In this document: one piece after another, positions 17,515 to 27,253 of the stretch | Layout: each line of letters begins with the position of its first letter | How positions within the stretch are numbered: the stretch's first letter is position 1 | Source of the DNA: a virus | Taxonomy: Duplodnaviria; Caudoviricetes | Reading direction: 5' to 3' (one strand) | IMG/VR virus record: IMGVR_UViG_3300045049_000504 | Coordinates: 1,119-65,118 of that record | Length of the DNA: 64,000 nucleotides | Translations under genes and position numbers: made by a program | The notes under the pieces: model-generated | What the model saw: only the letters and a program-made list of their open reading frames with translations | Told to the model about the DNA's origin: nothing | Database searches by the model: none

Positions 17515-19187
17515 TGCTTACCCGCGGCGCCCTTCTGCACCTGCACGACCTGGTTGGGGTGCCCGGACGCGTCCTCGATCTTGACGTTGACCTCGAACGG
17601 GGCGGGCTTCGCCGCGACGGGCGGCTTCTCGTTCGGGTGGTCGGCGTAGTAGAGTGCGCGCCCCTTGTCGAGGCCTTGCGCCTCCAGCTCCTTGACCCGC
17701 TTCTGCCGCGCGGCCTCCTTGGCCGAGAGCTGCTCGCGGTTCGCGGCGACACCCGCCTCCTCCTTCTTGGCGGAGTCGCGGTCGAGCGCGTTCGCGATCT
17801 TCGTCGAGAGCCCGAGCTTGTTGTCGAGGTACGTGCCGACCGCGTAGCCGGCCGCGCCGGCTGCGCCGACGAGCCCGAGCTTGCCGGCGATCCCGAGCGC
17901 GCCGCGCCCGAAGGTGCTGAGCCCCAGCGCGGCCTTCTCGCCGGCCACGTTGACGGAGAAGAGGCCCTTGGCGGCGAGCCCGGCGGCCTTCTCGAAGCCC
18001 TTGGTGGCCACGGCGCTCGTCACCGCGCTGGCTACGCCGCCGCCGACGCCCGTGAGGAGCATGCGGGCGAGCGAGTTGCCCGGCGCGGCGTTCGCGACCG
18101 CTTGCTGGGCGGCGTTCGCCTTGGCGCCGACGTTCTCGCGAGTCTCGCGGTCGCGGGCGTTCTCGCGCGCGGTCTCGATGCCGTGCTGCGACGCGCGCAG
18201 CTTCGCGAGCGCGTCCGGGCCGGCGGTCGAGCGCGTCGCCTCGGCCTTCTTCAGGTCCTCGACGAGGCCCGGCCGGAAGAGCGCGGTCGCGAGCTGCGGC
18301 CCGAGGTTGCCGCTGAACGACGCGAGCGACTTCGCGCGCTCGACGTCGCCGCCGGTACGCTTGAGGTAGAAGTCGCGGAGGCGCTGGACGTTCTCGGCGT
18401 TGACCTTGACGTTGCCGTTCTCGTCGTAGAAGTCCTTGCGCTTGATGCCGAGGTTGAGCCGCATCTGCTCGCCGCCGGCGGCGAACCGCCCGACGAGGGA
18501 CTGCTGCACCTGGCGCGCCTGGTCGACGCTGCGGCCCTTGCCGATCGCCGCCATGACGCCGACGAGGTCGGCGGCGCCGCGCTTGCCCGACGTGGACACC
18601 TGGCTGAGCACGCCGCCCAGCGCCTGCAGGTCGTCCATCAGCGCCGCGGGGCCGCCCGTCGTGCCGAGCGACTTCGCCGACGCCTCGATGGTGCCGAGCA
18701 TGTCGGGGATGTCGGAGAACGAGACGCCCATCTGGTTGTGCAGCGTCTCGGCGATGCTGCCCATCTCCTCGAGCGAGCGGCCCGTCGCGAGACCCGACCC
18801 GCGCAGCGCCTCGACGGCCTTGCGCGAGTCGTTGAAGTCGTAGGTCGCGCGCCCGAGCGCCTGGGAGAAGTCGGCGACCTGCTCGTCAGGGAGCAGCGTC
18901 TTGTCGGAGAGCCCGGCGAACTGGCTCTTGAGGTCCTGCACCGATCGCCCTGACGCGACGGACATCTCCGTCACCGTGCGCCGGAAGTCGCGAAATTTCT
19001 GCGCCGCCTGACCGGGGTCGACACGTGCCAGCTCGAGCGACATCGACCCGAGGTTCGTCGCTACGCCCGCGACGATGCCGCCGATCGTGCGGCCCCAATC
19101 CTTGAACCCGTCGGAGATGCTCTTGAGCTTGCGCTTCGCCTCGGCTTCGCCCTCGACGTCAATCTTGACCTTGGCCTCGTCCGACAT
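17511..19187 (-). CDS. Tape measure protein
   Basis: Long Ala/Gly helical protein after the chaperone, hydrophobic C-terminal segments. Confidence 0.8.
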   Translation of the reverse strand: MSDEAKVKIDVEGEAEAKRKLKSISDGFKDWGRTIGGIVAGVATNLGSMSLELARVDPGQAAQKFRDFRRTVTEMSVASGRSVQDLKSQFAGLSDKTLLPDEQVADFSQALGRATYDFNDSRKAVEALRGSGLATGRSLEEMGSIAETLHNQMGVSFSDIPDMLGTIEASAKSLGTTGGPAALMDDLQALGGVLSQVSTSGKRGAADLVGVMAAIGKGRSVDQARQVQQSLVGRFAAGGEQMRLNLGIKRKDFYDENGNVKVNAENVQRLRDFYLKRTGGDVERAKSLASFSGNLGPQLATALFRPGLVEDLKKAEATRSTAGPDALAKLRASQHGIETARENARDRETRENVGAKANAAQQAVANAAPGNSLARMLLTGVGGGVASAVTSAVATKGFEKAAGLAAKGLFSVNVAGEKAALGLSTFGRGALGIAGKLGLVGAAGAAGYAVGTYLDNKLGLSTKIANALDRDSAKKEEAGVAANREQLSAKEAARQKRVKELEAQGLDKGRALYYADHPNEKPPVAAKPAPFEVNVKIEDASGHPNQVVQVQKGAAGKQ

Positions 19188-19246
19188 CGGGGCGACCTCC
19201 TATTGATCGAGGAGAGCGACGGGCACGGGCGTCTCCGCCGCGGCCT

Positions 19247-19822
19247 TCATCCAGGCTCGCCACCGCCAGACATCTGCGTCGGCGTCGACCTGCCAAAGTG
19301 GGCAACCAAAGAAGGCCACGCCCGCCTGATCTTGGAGGAGTCGAACAGCGAGAACAGGTCGGGCAGCGATTTTTTTGAGGCCGCCTCCACCAGCTCGTCG
19401 AAGGTCTCGTCGTCCACGATCTCGGGGAACTCTTCCTTGACCCACTCGACGTACGTGTTGTAGACGTCGACCGCGACGCGCTCCTGCAGCGCGCCCTTCA
19501 GCTCGTCGACCGACGAGGCGAACGGGACTCGCGGGTCGTCGACGTCGCGGAGCGCCCGCTGGAGCACGTGGAACGCGCGCGCGTTCAGCAGCAGCTCCAC
19601 CGGTGCGCCGTCGGGGAACTTCTTGCGAAGCTCCTTCTCGGCGGCGACCTTGCACTCCTCGGCCGCGTCCTCGGGGACGAAGCGGAGCACGGCTCGAGCG
19701 TCGGCGACGAACAGCTCGCCGTCGATGTCGCGCACGACCTTGAACTTGACCGACTTGGTCGGCGCCCTGAAGACGCCGCTGCCGGCTTTCGAGGCGCCGG
19801 CGAAGATGTCTCCCAGCTGCAT
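19247..19822 (-). CDS. Tail assembly chaperone (with -1 frameshift extension ending at 19200)
   Basis: Between tube and tape measure; A-AAA-AAA slippery site at 19370-19376. Confidence 0.8.
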   Translation of the reverse strand: MQLGDIFAGASKAGSGVFRAPTKSVKFKVVRDIDGELFVADARAVLRFVPEDAAEECKVAAEKELRKKFPDGAPVELLLNARAFHVLQRALRDVDDPRVPFASSVDELKGALQERVAVDVYNTYVEWVKEEFPEIVDDETFDELVEAASKKSLPDLFSLFDSSKIRRAWPSLVAHFGRSTPTQMSGGGEPG

Positions 19823-19867
19823 GACCTTGCCTCCCGGAAAATTTCCCCCGAGTGAGAAAAGGCGGGC

Positions 19868-19902
19868 GAGGTCCGGGCGCCGGGGGCGAACGCCCGGACC
19901 TC
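19868..19902 (-). terminator. 12-bp stem hairpin after the tail tube gene (terminator or stabiliser)
   Basis: GAGGTCCGGGCG / CGCCCGGACCTC; a short U-run follows a few bases downstream on the - strand. Confidence 0.45.
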
Positions 19903-19940
19903 ATGACGCGCGCTCGCGAGGCACGCGCTGCCCATAGGTG

Positions 19941-20321
19941 CTACGCGATGCGGATCATCTCCGTCGCGACGATGCGGACCTGGTTGTTGGTCTCGGCCAT
20001 CAGCGGGTCGTTGTCGAACCCGTCGTCGGCGATGTGGCAGCCGGTGACCAGGTACCGAAACGCGCCCTTCGAGAACTGCAGCGAGAAGCCGAGCGGGTTG
20101 GCCGAGAGCGTGTCGATGTCGATCTCGAGACCGGCCAGCGGCGCGGCAAGGTCGAGCGTGCCCTCGAACTTGTACTGACCCGGCGCGGACCCGATGGGAC
20201 CGAGCGGGCCGTATTTCTGGGTAACGTTCCGCGTGCGGCGGAACGAGACCTTGACGGTCGTGGCGAGCGGCACGTTGTTGAGCTTCGTGACGACTCCGCC
20301 GACGAGAGGCGTGTTGGCCAT
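19941..20321 (-). CDS. Tail tube protein
   Basis: 126-aa beta-rich protein directly after the sheath. Confidence 0.75.
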   Translation of the reverse strand: MANTPLVGGVVTKLNNVPLATTVKVSFRRTRNVTQKYGPLGPIGSAPGQYKFEGTLDLAAPLAGLEIDIDTLSANPLGFSLQFSKGAFRYLVTGCHIADDGFDNDPLMAETNNQVRIVATEMIRIA

Positions 20322-20336
20322 GGTTCCTCCGACTCG

Positions 20337-22121
20337 CTACTGCTGCGAGATGACGGGTGCGAGCTGGTGGAGATTCACCGGGTAGCGCACCGGCACGGTC
20401 GCGTCGACGCGGCCGGCGTTCACCGCGTTGACGTTCGCGGCGACGGCCGCCTTGAGCTGCTGAGCCCCGTCGACCACGTCGGCGTTGTCGAGATTGATGA
20501 GGATCTCGATGATGGCGTCGACGATGTCGCCGGTGGTGACGGTGTTGGGCGTGTGGGGCGCGCCCGACGACTTAAGGCTCTTGTTGGTGCCGAACCGGTC
20601 GCGCAGGCCCTTGCGCACGTTGTAGCGCGTGAACGCGGCGCACTGGAGGAACGACGTGTCCCACTGCTTGACGTCGCTCGAGGTCAGCGTGTTGCGGCCG
20701 CGCACGATGGTGAGCTGCCCCGTCGCCTCGTTCACCGCGAGCGGCGTGAGGTTCTGGCTGGTGATGGCCGCGTTGAGCGCGTCGACCGACGGGCGGACCA
20801 TGCGGTCGGGCAGCAGCAGCGGCACGGTCGACGTCTGGCTCTGCAGCGCGAAGCCGTCGTAGTTGGTGGCCGGGTAGACGTTCGACTGCGTCGCCACGAT
20901 GGCCGCGAACCGCGCCGCGTTCTCGAACGCCTGCGTCGGCTGGTCCGGGCACCACACGCCGTGGTAGCGCCCCGACGCGGTGAGCGCCGGAGTCGTCCCC
21001 GACGGCACGCCGCCCGCCGCAGTGAGCGAACCCGAGTGACCGAAGAACAGGAATTGGTCCTTCATGTAGACGCCGTTCGCGTACGCCTCGATGTACGCCG
21101 ACATCGCGCCCAGCGAAGTCACGTCGTTGAACGACGTCGCCCAGTACCCGAACTGACCCTGCGCGGCGAGGACCGCGAGCGCGTTGGTGAGCGTCGGGGT
21201 GCCCGTGCCCAACGTGCCGGCGGCGACGGTGACGGTGACGGCGGTGGTGGTCACCATCGCGGCCGACGGCCGCTGCACGACGCGCGTCTGGCCCGACGGG
21301 TCGTTGCGGAAGAACAGCGTGACCACGCCCGCGTTCGCCGACGCCGTCACCGGGCCGTTCGTCGCGTTGATGGCCGCGGCGACGTTGCTGGCGATGACGG
21401 TGATGCTGTCGGCGTTGTTGACCGCGGCCGAGTAGGTCGTCGACCCGATCGTCACGGTCGCCGAGCCGGCGCCGGACGCCGGACCGCCAGAATAGGTGAT
21501 GGTGCCCGGCGACAGCTGGACGTTCGACGCCGCGTTGTTCGGCACGAAGCCCATGAACGGGCTGTCCTCGCCGCCCACACCCTTGTGGCGGTAGGTCAAC
21601 GTGACGGTGCCCGTCGACGCGGCCGCGGTCCACGGGATGTCCTTCACCGCGTTGATGGCCGCGGCCAGGTTGGCGGCGATGACGGTCGCCGTGTCGCCGC
21701 TCGAGACGAGCGCCGAGACGTAGTACCCGGCGAGCCACAGGTTGATCGAGTCCTGCGCGGCCGCGGCCAAGCCGGTCGAGAACGACACGGTCAGCGTGCG
21801 CGTCGCGGCGGTGCCGCTCGAGGGCTCGACGACCGGCAGCACGTACACATCGCACTGCCCGCCGCCGATTTGGGAGTTGAAGGCGGCGTAGAGGCGCGCC
21901 AGCTCGGAGCCCTGGCCGCCCTTGAGGTTCGCGTCGGACTGGCCGAGGCACAACGTCGGGGCGTCCTGCGCAGCGATGCCCGACGCGAGCTTGGTGCCGA
22001 CGAGGAGGGCGCGCAGCTGCGGGAGCCCGAGACTCGCGCTCGCGCCCGAGAAGTTGAACTGGACGTAGACGCCAGGGAGGACGTACCCGGGCGAGAGGTC
22101 CGTGTTGACGGCAGCGGCCAT
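20337..22121 (-). CDS. Tail sheath protein (Mu gpL-like)
   Basis: PGVYVQF, RALLVG, GQGSELAR, VTLTYRHKG.GG, RVDATVP..VNLHQL motifs. Confidence 0.9.
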   Translation of the reverse strand: MAAAVNTDLSPGYVLPGVYVQFNFSGASASLGLPQLRALLVGTKLASGIAAQDAPTLCLGQSDANLKGGQGSELARLYAAFNSQIGGGQCDVYVLPVVEPSSGTAATRTLTVSFSTGLAAAAQDSINLWLAGYYVSALVSSGDTATVIAANLAAAINAVKDIPWTAAASTGTVTLTYRHKGVGGEDSPFMGFVPNNAASNVQLSPGTITYSGGPASGAGSATVTIGSTTYSAAVNNADSITVIASNVAAAINATNGPVTASANAGVVTLFFRNDPSGQTRVVQRPSAAMVTTTAVTVTVAAGTLGTGTPTLTNALAVLAAQGQFGYWATSFNDVTSLGAMSAYIEAYANGVYMKDQFLFFGHSGSLTAAGGVPSGTTPALTASGRYHGVWCPDQPTQAFENAARFAAIVATQSNVYPATNYDGFALQSQTSTVPLLLPDRMVRPSVDALNAAITSQNLTPLAVNEATGQLTIVRGRNTLTSSDVKQWDTSFLQCAAFTRYNVRKGLRDRFGTNKSLKSSGAPHTPNTVTTGDIVDAIIEILINLDNADVVDGAQQLKAAVAANVNAVNAGRVDATVPVRYPVNLHQLAPVISQQ

Positions 22122-22124
22122 CGG

Positions 22125-22544
22125 TTACTCCTTCACCGGCGGGAGCCGCTTCGCGGCGTCAGCCAGCTTGAACTCGTGGCCGCAGTCGCAGCCGTCGTCG
22201 TCGTCGTGCTTCGGATGCAGCGCGCGCCAGTGCTCCAGCTCCTCGGGCGAGTGCGCGCCGCCGGCGACGGCGGGCTTGCCGTCGGGACCGCACTCGTGCG
22301 GGTGGCGGACGTGGGTGGCCTGCACAAAGCTGACGCTCGGGTCGCTGAAGAGCACCGCGCCCTGGCGCGCCATCTCCTGCAGCCAGGCGGACCAACGGAC
22401 CGTCTGGCCCGGCCGCAGCACCGGCGCCGGCAGGATCTGGACGCCACTCGGGGTCTCGATGACGCTCGGTGGCGCCGCGTGCACCGTCGTCCCGGGGCGC
22501 GGCCAGACCTTGACCTCGTCCCCCGCGTTCAACGTGTGAAGCAT
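22125..22544 (-). CDS. Small pre-sheath protein (Mu gp38-like)
   Basis: VKVWPRPG...W..MARQGAV; position before the sheath; SD AAGGAG. Confidence 0.55.
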   Translation of the reverse strand: MLHTLNAGDEVKVWPRPGTTVHAAPPSVIETPSGVQILPAPVLRPGQTVRWSAWLQEMARQGAVLFSDPSVSFVQATHVRHPHECGPDGKPAVAGGAHSPEELEHWRALHPKHDDDDGCDCGHEFKLADAAKRLPPVKE

Positions 22545-22555
22545 GGTCTCGCTCC

Positions 22556-23980
22556 TTAGGTTGCGGTGAGCGTCGCCGTGTTGGAGGTGACGCCGTTGAG
22601 CGTCGCCGTGACGTGCGCCGTCCCGGGCGAGCTTGTGTTGGCCACGCCCGCGGGCGTGAATGACGTATTGGCGTTGTCGGCCGACCAGGTGACCAGGGCG
22701 GTGACATCGCACGAGTTGCCGTCGGAGTCGGTGCCCGTCGCGGTGAACTGGACCGGCGTGCCCGTCGGCACCGAGATGTTCGTGGGCGAGATCGCGACCG
22801 ACGTGATGGCCGCCGGCTCGTACTCGTCCGTCGGGCCGTACGGGACCAGCGACGCGGCGAGCAGCCGGTCAGCGCGGACGCCCGTGCCGTCGGTGACGGT
22901 CACGCCGAGTCGCACGCGCCCGTACGCGAGCGCCGGCGGCGCGTCGCCGAAGTTGCCCGTCGAGTAGTACAGCGCGCCGCTCGAATCGACGTCGCGGTAG
23001 GTCAGCACGTTCGGTGCGAACGTCTTCGAGGCGCCAGCCACGGTCAGCGGCGCGCCGTTGAAGTTCATCGTCCCGCCCGCGAACGACTTCGTGAGTCCGT
23101 CGCCAAGCGCGAACTGTAGCCCCGTCGACGTGACGTCGTTGCCGAGGTCGAGCGCGCCGGTCTGGTCGAGGTCCGCCAGTTTGTACGAGACGTTGAAGGC
23201 ATGCGGGTACGTGAGCGGCACGAGCGTCGTGTCGGGCAGCGTCTCGGTGTAGCGGACCTCCAGCTCGAGCGCGTCGATGAACCGCCCGCGCGCCAGGTCC
23301 TTCACCACCGGGGACTCGTTGCCGACGCGGACGTAGGCCACGTCGTTGATGCCGAGCTGCGCGCCCTTGAGGACGAGCATCGCGTCGCCGAGCATCGCCG
23401 CGGTGCCCGGGTCCGCCGCGGCCTCGCTCAGCACGGGTGAGCCCTGGCGGGCTGCCTGGCGACCGCGCGGGTTGAAACTCACCGCGAACAGGGTGAACCG
23501 CGCGACGCACCAATCGATGCCGCCCACGACGCCGTTCGACTTGGGCTCGCGCTCGATGCCGTCGAAACTCAGCAGCAGCGCCGGCACGCCGCCGAAGATG
23601 CGCTGCATGTAGACGTCGAGGTCGCTCGAGTCGTCGTTGTAGTTCTCGCAGCGGACCAGGTAACCGGTCGCGGCCGGCGACGTGATGCCGGTCGACGACG
23701 CGCGACACCAGCGGCCGGGCAAGCCTGGCGCGACGTCTGCGGGCTGCACGTAGTTGACGCCGTCGTCCGCGGCGAGCTGCGCGACCTGCCACTGCCAGGC
23801 GAGCCCGGTCGCGGTCACGACCCGCATCGAGCGGTCGGGGATGCTGACGGACGCAGTCGCGCGCAACGTCGCGACGTCGGCGACGGCGGGGAGCCGCAGG
23901 CCGTACGCCCACGACAGCGCGTCAACGATGGCGTTCTCTATGACCGTGCGGGCGCTGCCGAGCGTGATGTCGACGCCCAT
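22556..23980 (-). CDS. Tail terminator-like protein fused to a C-terminal Ig-like (Big_2) domain
   Basis: PALLLSFDG core; C-terminus ITSVAISP..VQFTATGTDSDG..DVT..VTWS..GTAHVTAT. Confidence 0.7.
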   Translation of the reverse strand: MGVDITLGSARTVIENAIVDALSWAYGLRLPAVADVATLRATASVSIPDRSMRVVTATGLAWQWQVAQLAADDGVNYVQPADVAPGLPGRWCRASSTGITSPAATGYLVRCENYNDDSSDLDVYMQRIFGGVPALLLSFDGIEREPKSNGVVGGIDWCVARFTLFAVSFNPRGRQAARQGSPVLSEAAADPGTAAMLGDAMLVLKGAQLGINDVAYVRVGNESPVVKDLARGRFIDALELEVRYTETLPDTTLVPLTYPHAFNVSYKLADLDQTGALDLGNDVTSTGLQFALGDGLTKSFAGGTMNFNGAPLTVAGASKTFAPNVLTYRDVDSSGALYYSTGNFGDAPPALAYGRVRLGVTVTDGTGVRADRLLAASLVPYGPTDEYEPAAITSVAISPTNISVPTGTPVQFTATGTDSDGNSCDVTALVTWSADNANTSFTPAGVANTSSPGTAHVTATLNGVTSNTATLTAT

Positions 23981-23982
23981 GG

Positions 23983-24666
23983 TTACCTCCGACCCTGCAC
24001 GTGCATGGTGATGAGGATGAGCAGCACGTCGACGTCCGCGTCGGTGAGGTCGAGGAACTGGCGCTCGGGGAGCTTCGCGCCGTGCCCGACGGTCGCGCCT
24101 TCGTTGTGGGCGCCTGCCCACGGGATCGTGGACTTGATCTCGACCGCGTGCTTCTCGACCTTCGACTTGATGGACTGCGCGATGCGCCCGAGCGGGCGGG
24201 CCGCGGCCTTCACGGCCGCGCGGGCGTGTCGGTCGCGGAGCCCGCGCACGCTCTTGTCGAGCTTCGCGTCGCCGGTGCTGCCGAGACGAACCTCGCCGCC
24301 GGAGACGATGCGCTCGAACTCCTTGAGGACCGCGTACCGCCGCGCCATCGCGGCGGCGCTCTTGGTCGCGTCACCGCGGCCGCTCGCGTGTCTGCGCTGG
24401 GCCCGCTTCAGCTCCTTGCGCAGCTTGTTGCGGAGGATGTCGTCCGCGCGCCGTCGCACCGACGCCTCGCTGCCGCGCGCCCCGTCACCACTGCCGCCCT
24501 CTTTCTTCTGTGGCCAGCCGGGCCCGCCGGCGTCGAAGATCTCTTGGACCTGCTTGCGCTTGTACTGGTTCCAGGCCTTGAGCGGGACCTCGAGGTCGCT
24601 AAGGTGCTCCGCGATCGTCTCGACCTCCCGGAGGTTTCCGTTGACCGAGACGCGGAGCGTGATCAC
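23983..24666 (-). CDS. Mu gpG-like virion morphogenesis / tail completion protein
   Basis: WAGAHNEG...LPERQFLDL C-terminal motif. Confidence 0.8.
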   Translation of the reverse strand: MITLRVSVNGNLREVETIAEHLSDLEVPLKAWNQYKRKQVQEIFDAGGPGWPQKKEGGSGDGARGSEASVRRRADDILRNKLRKELKRAQRRHASGRGDATKSAAAMARRYAVLKEFERIVSGGEVRLGSTGDAKLDKSVRGLRDRHARAAVKAAARPLGRIAQSIKSKVEKHAVEIKSTIPWAGAHNEGATVGHGAKLPERQFLDLTDADVDVLLILITMHVQGRR

Positions 24667-25169
24667 CTGAAACCGCGCATCAACCCGGCGATGCTGATGC
24701 GCGCCGCCGGCGCGCCGCTCGAGTCGAGCCCGCCGTCGCCGTTCGGGTCCTGGTCGACGACGCCGGCCACCTTCGCCTGCGTGACGGCCGCCTGCGTGCC
24801 GCCGGCGACGCGCCCGAGCCGGCGGAACCCCTTCGCCAGGTCGTCGAGGAACTTGTCCGCGCGCTCGGCGCGGTCGCGAACCCATTCGGGCATCGCGGCG
24901 CCCTTGCCGCCCTTCTCCCAGGCGATGCGCGCCGACAGGGCCGCGTTCGCGTCGAGGAGGCGGCGCAACGACGGCGAGTCGAGCGCGGTGATGACCTCCG
25001 GGTCGTGCTTCACCTCGACAGCGGTGCGGACCTCCGCCGCGCCGCTCTCGAGGTAGTCCGTCACGACGGCCGCATCGGCCACGCCGTCGAGGTTGTAGTC
25101 GGCGAGCTGCGCGAGGACGCGCGGCCCGCCGAGGGCGGTCTCGAGGTCTGGCTGAGTGCAGTACGCCAT
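24663..25169 (-). CDS. Mu gp36-like (DUF1320) head-tail adaptor
   Basis: MAYCTQPDL..LG..VLAQL.D, A.KFLDDLAKG motifs. Confidence 0.85.
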   Translation of the reverse strand: MAYCTQPDLETALGGPRVLAQLADYNLDGVADAAVVTDYLESGAAEVRTAVEVKHDPEVITALDSPSLRRLLDANAALSARIAWEKGGKGAAMPEWVRDRAERADKFLDDLAKGFRRLGRVAGGTQAAVTQAKVAGVVDQDPNGDGGLDSSGAPAARISIAGLMRGFR

Positions 25170-25193
25170 GACGGACTCCCCGGCCTAACTAGG

Positions 25194-25700
25194 CTATTTC
25201 TTCTGTTTCGGTTGCGAAGAGAGCGGCGGCTTCGACTTACCACCGGGCTGCGGAAGCGGGGCGGCCGGCGGCAGTTCGCCGAGTTCCACCTCCGCCTCCG
25301 GCTCGTCGGCGAGCGGGATGCCCTCGCTGGCCGTGTTGACCACCGGCCTGGCCTCCGGCGCCGCCGGCGGCGCCTCGGCCTCGCGAGCGGCCCGCTCGAG
25401 CTGCTTCGCCTGGGCGGCCCTGGCGAGGCGCTCGAGGCCCTCGTCCACGGCGGCCGATATCGGCGTCTTCTTCGGCTCGGCGGCCTTCTTCGCCTTGGCG
25501 GCGCGGTCGGCGAGGTACTTCTCGTAATCCTCTTCCGACATGCACGCTTCCATGGTCGACCGGTTCTGCAGCTCGCACGCGTCGACGCGAACGCGCTCGC
25601 CGGCGTGCGCCGGGCCGTACTTGTTGCCCTTGCGCACGATGAGGACGACCCCGTCGCCGCTGCCGCCGCCGCTGCGCAGGTCGTGGATCTTTGCTTCCAT
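25194..25700 (-). CDS. Hypothetical protein (head-tail region)
   Basis: Position after the capsid gene; Pro/Ala/Glu-rich tail. Confidence 0.6.
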   Translation of the reverse strand: MEAKIHDLRSGGGSGDGVVLIVRKGNKYGPAHAGERVRVDACELQNRSTMEACMSEEDYEKYLADRAAKAKKAAEPKKTPISAAVDEGLERLARAAQAKQLERAAREAEAPPAAPEARPVVNTASEGIPLADEPEAEVELGELPPAAPLPQPGGKSKPPLSSQPKQKK

Positions 25701-25746
25701 CTCGCTGCCCCCGCTGGCTCGCTCGAGCCAGGTTAGCCCGACCTAA

Positions 25747-26772
25747 TTAGATCGAGACGTAGTTACCGTACGAGGTGGTGTCGGCGCTGTTGATGACGCC
25801 CTTGAGCAGGTAGCCCAGCTCGGGGCGGATGATCTTCGGGTCGATGACCGTGAAGGCACGCAGGTCGTCGACGGGGATCATCGTGTTGGTGTAGCGCGGC
25901 ACCGAGATGATTGCCTGCGGGTCGTTGGAGTACGCGCTCCACTGGAACCCGGCGGAGAGCGACCACTTGCGCAGCCCCAGCTCCTCCACGTAGCCGAAGA
26001 CGATATCCGGCCCCATGAAGGTCACGTAGTTCGGGGTGGCGCCGGCCTGCGCGGCGTTGTACGTCGCGTCGGACACGACGATGGTGCCGGGCTTCACGCC
26101 GATCAGCTGCTCGATCAGCGCGATGTAGCCGACCTCCTGAAGCTCGCCGCGCGCGTCGACGACGCGCTGGTACTTCGAGAGGTCCTTGAACTCTTCCGAC
26201 TGCGCGACCGCCTGCCAGGCGTAGGTCGTGCCCGCGATCAGGTTCGGCTTCTTGCCCTGGTTCGCGTACCCGATCGTGTTGACGATCAGGCGGAGGGTCG
26301 AGATCGGGGTCGAGCTGCCCGACGTGTAGTTGTCGAAGCGCTGCGCGGCGCTCAGGGTCGAGTTGTTCGTCATGAACGTCGTCGACCGCAGGCGCAGGTT
26401 CACGCGCAGGTACTCGAGCCGCAGGCGCAGCGCGGTGGTGAGCTGGATCGTCCGCTCCGTCTCGTAGTCGAGCGACGGGTCGGCGTTCTTCTCGGTGATC
26501 CACTTGCCGGGGCTGTTGATGCCGTAGACCTGGCAGTTGAAGCTCGTGTCGGGGTCGAGCCGCAGCTCGACATCCGGCGGAGCCTCGTCGTCGCCGAGCG
26601 GCGACAGCTCGTCGAGCGCGAGCAGATTCGCCTTCGACCAGACCGCGAACTGATCGGTCAGGAAGTCGACCGGCCAGCGCGGGAAGAACTTCTCGCCGAT
26701 CGAGGTGAACTCCCACGGGTAGTGCAGGGAGATGTTGGTTAGGCGGCGCTTAACGTGCACCGTAGCGGGCAT
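25747..26772 (-). CDS. Major capsid protein
   Basis: 341 aa; LTNISLHY..IGEKFFP..PV N-terminus typical of HK97-fold Mu-like capsids; strong SD GAGGAG. Confidence 0.85.
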   Translation of the reverse strand: MPATVHVKRRLTNISLHYPWEFTSIGEKFFPRWPVDFLTDQFAVWSKANLLALDELSPLGDDEAPPDVELRLDPDTSFNCQVYGINSPGKWITEKNADPSLDYETERTIQLTTALRLRLEYLRVNLRLRSTTFMTNNSTLSAAQRFDNYTSGSSTPISTLRLIVNTIGYANQGKKPNLIAGTTYAWQAVAQSEEFKDLSKYQRVVDARGELQEVGYIALIEQLIGVKPGTIVVSDATYNAAQAGATPNYVTFMGPDIVFGYVEELGLRKWSLSAGFQWSAYSNDPQAIISVPRYTNTMIPVDDLRAFTVIDPKIIRPELGYLLKGVINSADTTSYGNYVSI

Positions 26773-26801
26773 GTACTATCTCCTCAGCTGCTGGCTACGG
26801 C

Positions 26802-27242
26802 TTACGAGCCGCGGCGGGTGATCTGCAGGCGGACGCTGATGCGCCCGGTCGCGGCCAGCGTGATGGCCTGGAGCGAGTAGCCGAGCACGTCGGCGCCGGA
26901 CTCGGCGGCGAGCTTCTTGCCCGCGCCCGCCGTGGTCGAGGTGATGATGGGGTCGCCGACGGCGTAGGTGCCGGCGACCACCAGCACCTCGGCGTCGCCG
27001 AGGTCGCGGACCGACGCCTGGTCGCCGACGGCGAAGAGGCCCGAGTTGTTCGGGTCGCCCTGGCTCGTCACGACGCCCATGACGCCGGTCGCGCCGGCGG
27101 TCGTGGTCGTCTGCATGTCGGCATGGTTGCCCGTGCCGGCCTGGACGAGGATCGAACCGAACTGCGCGAGGGCGTCCTGCATGACGCCGGTGCGCGAGTG
27201 GATGTTCGTCGCCTTCGGGGGGTTGAGGCCGATGTCAGCCAT
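26802..27242 (-). CDS. Capsid decoration/cement protein (DUF2190-like)
   Basis: GVMGVV..AVGD..SV..G.AEV..GTYAVGDPI..AGAG; directly upstream of the capsid gene. Confidence 0.7.
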   Translation of the reverse strand: MADIGLNPPKATNIHSRTGVMQDALAQFGSILVQAGTGNHADMQTTTTAGATGVMGVVTSQGDPNNSGLFAVGDQASVRDLGDAEVLVVAGTYAVGDPIITSTTAGAGKKLAAESGADVLGYSLQAITLAATGRISVRLQITRRGS

Positions 27243-27253
27243 GTGTCAGCTCC

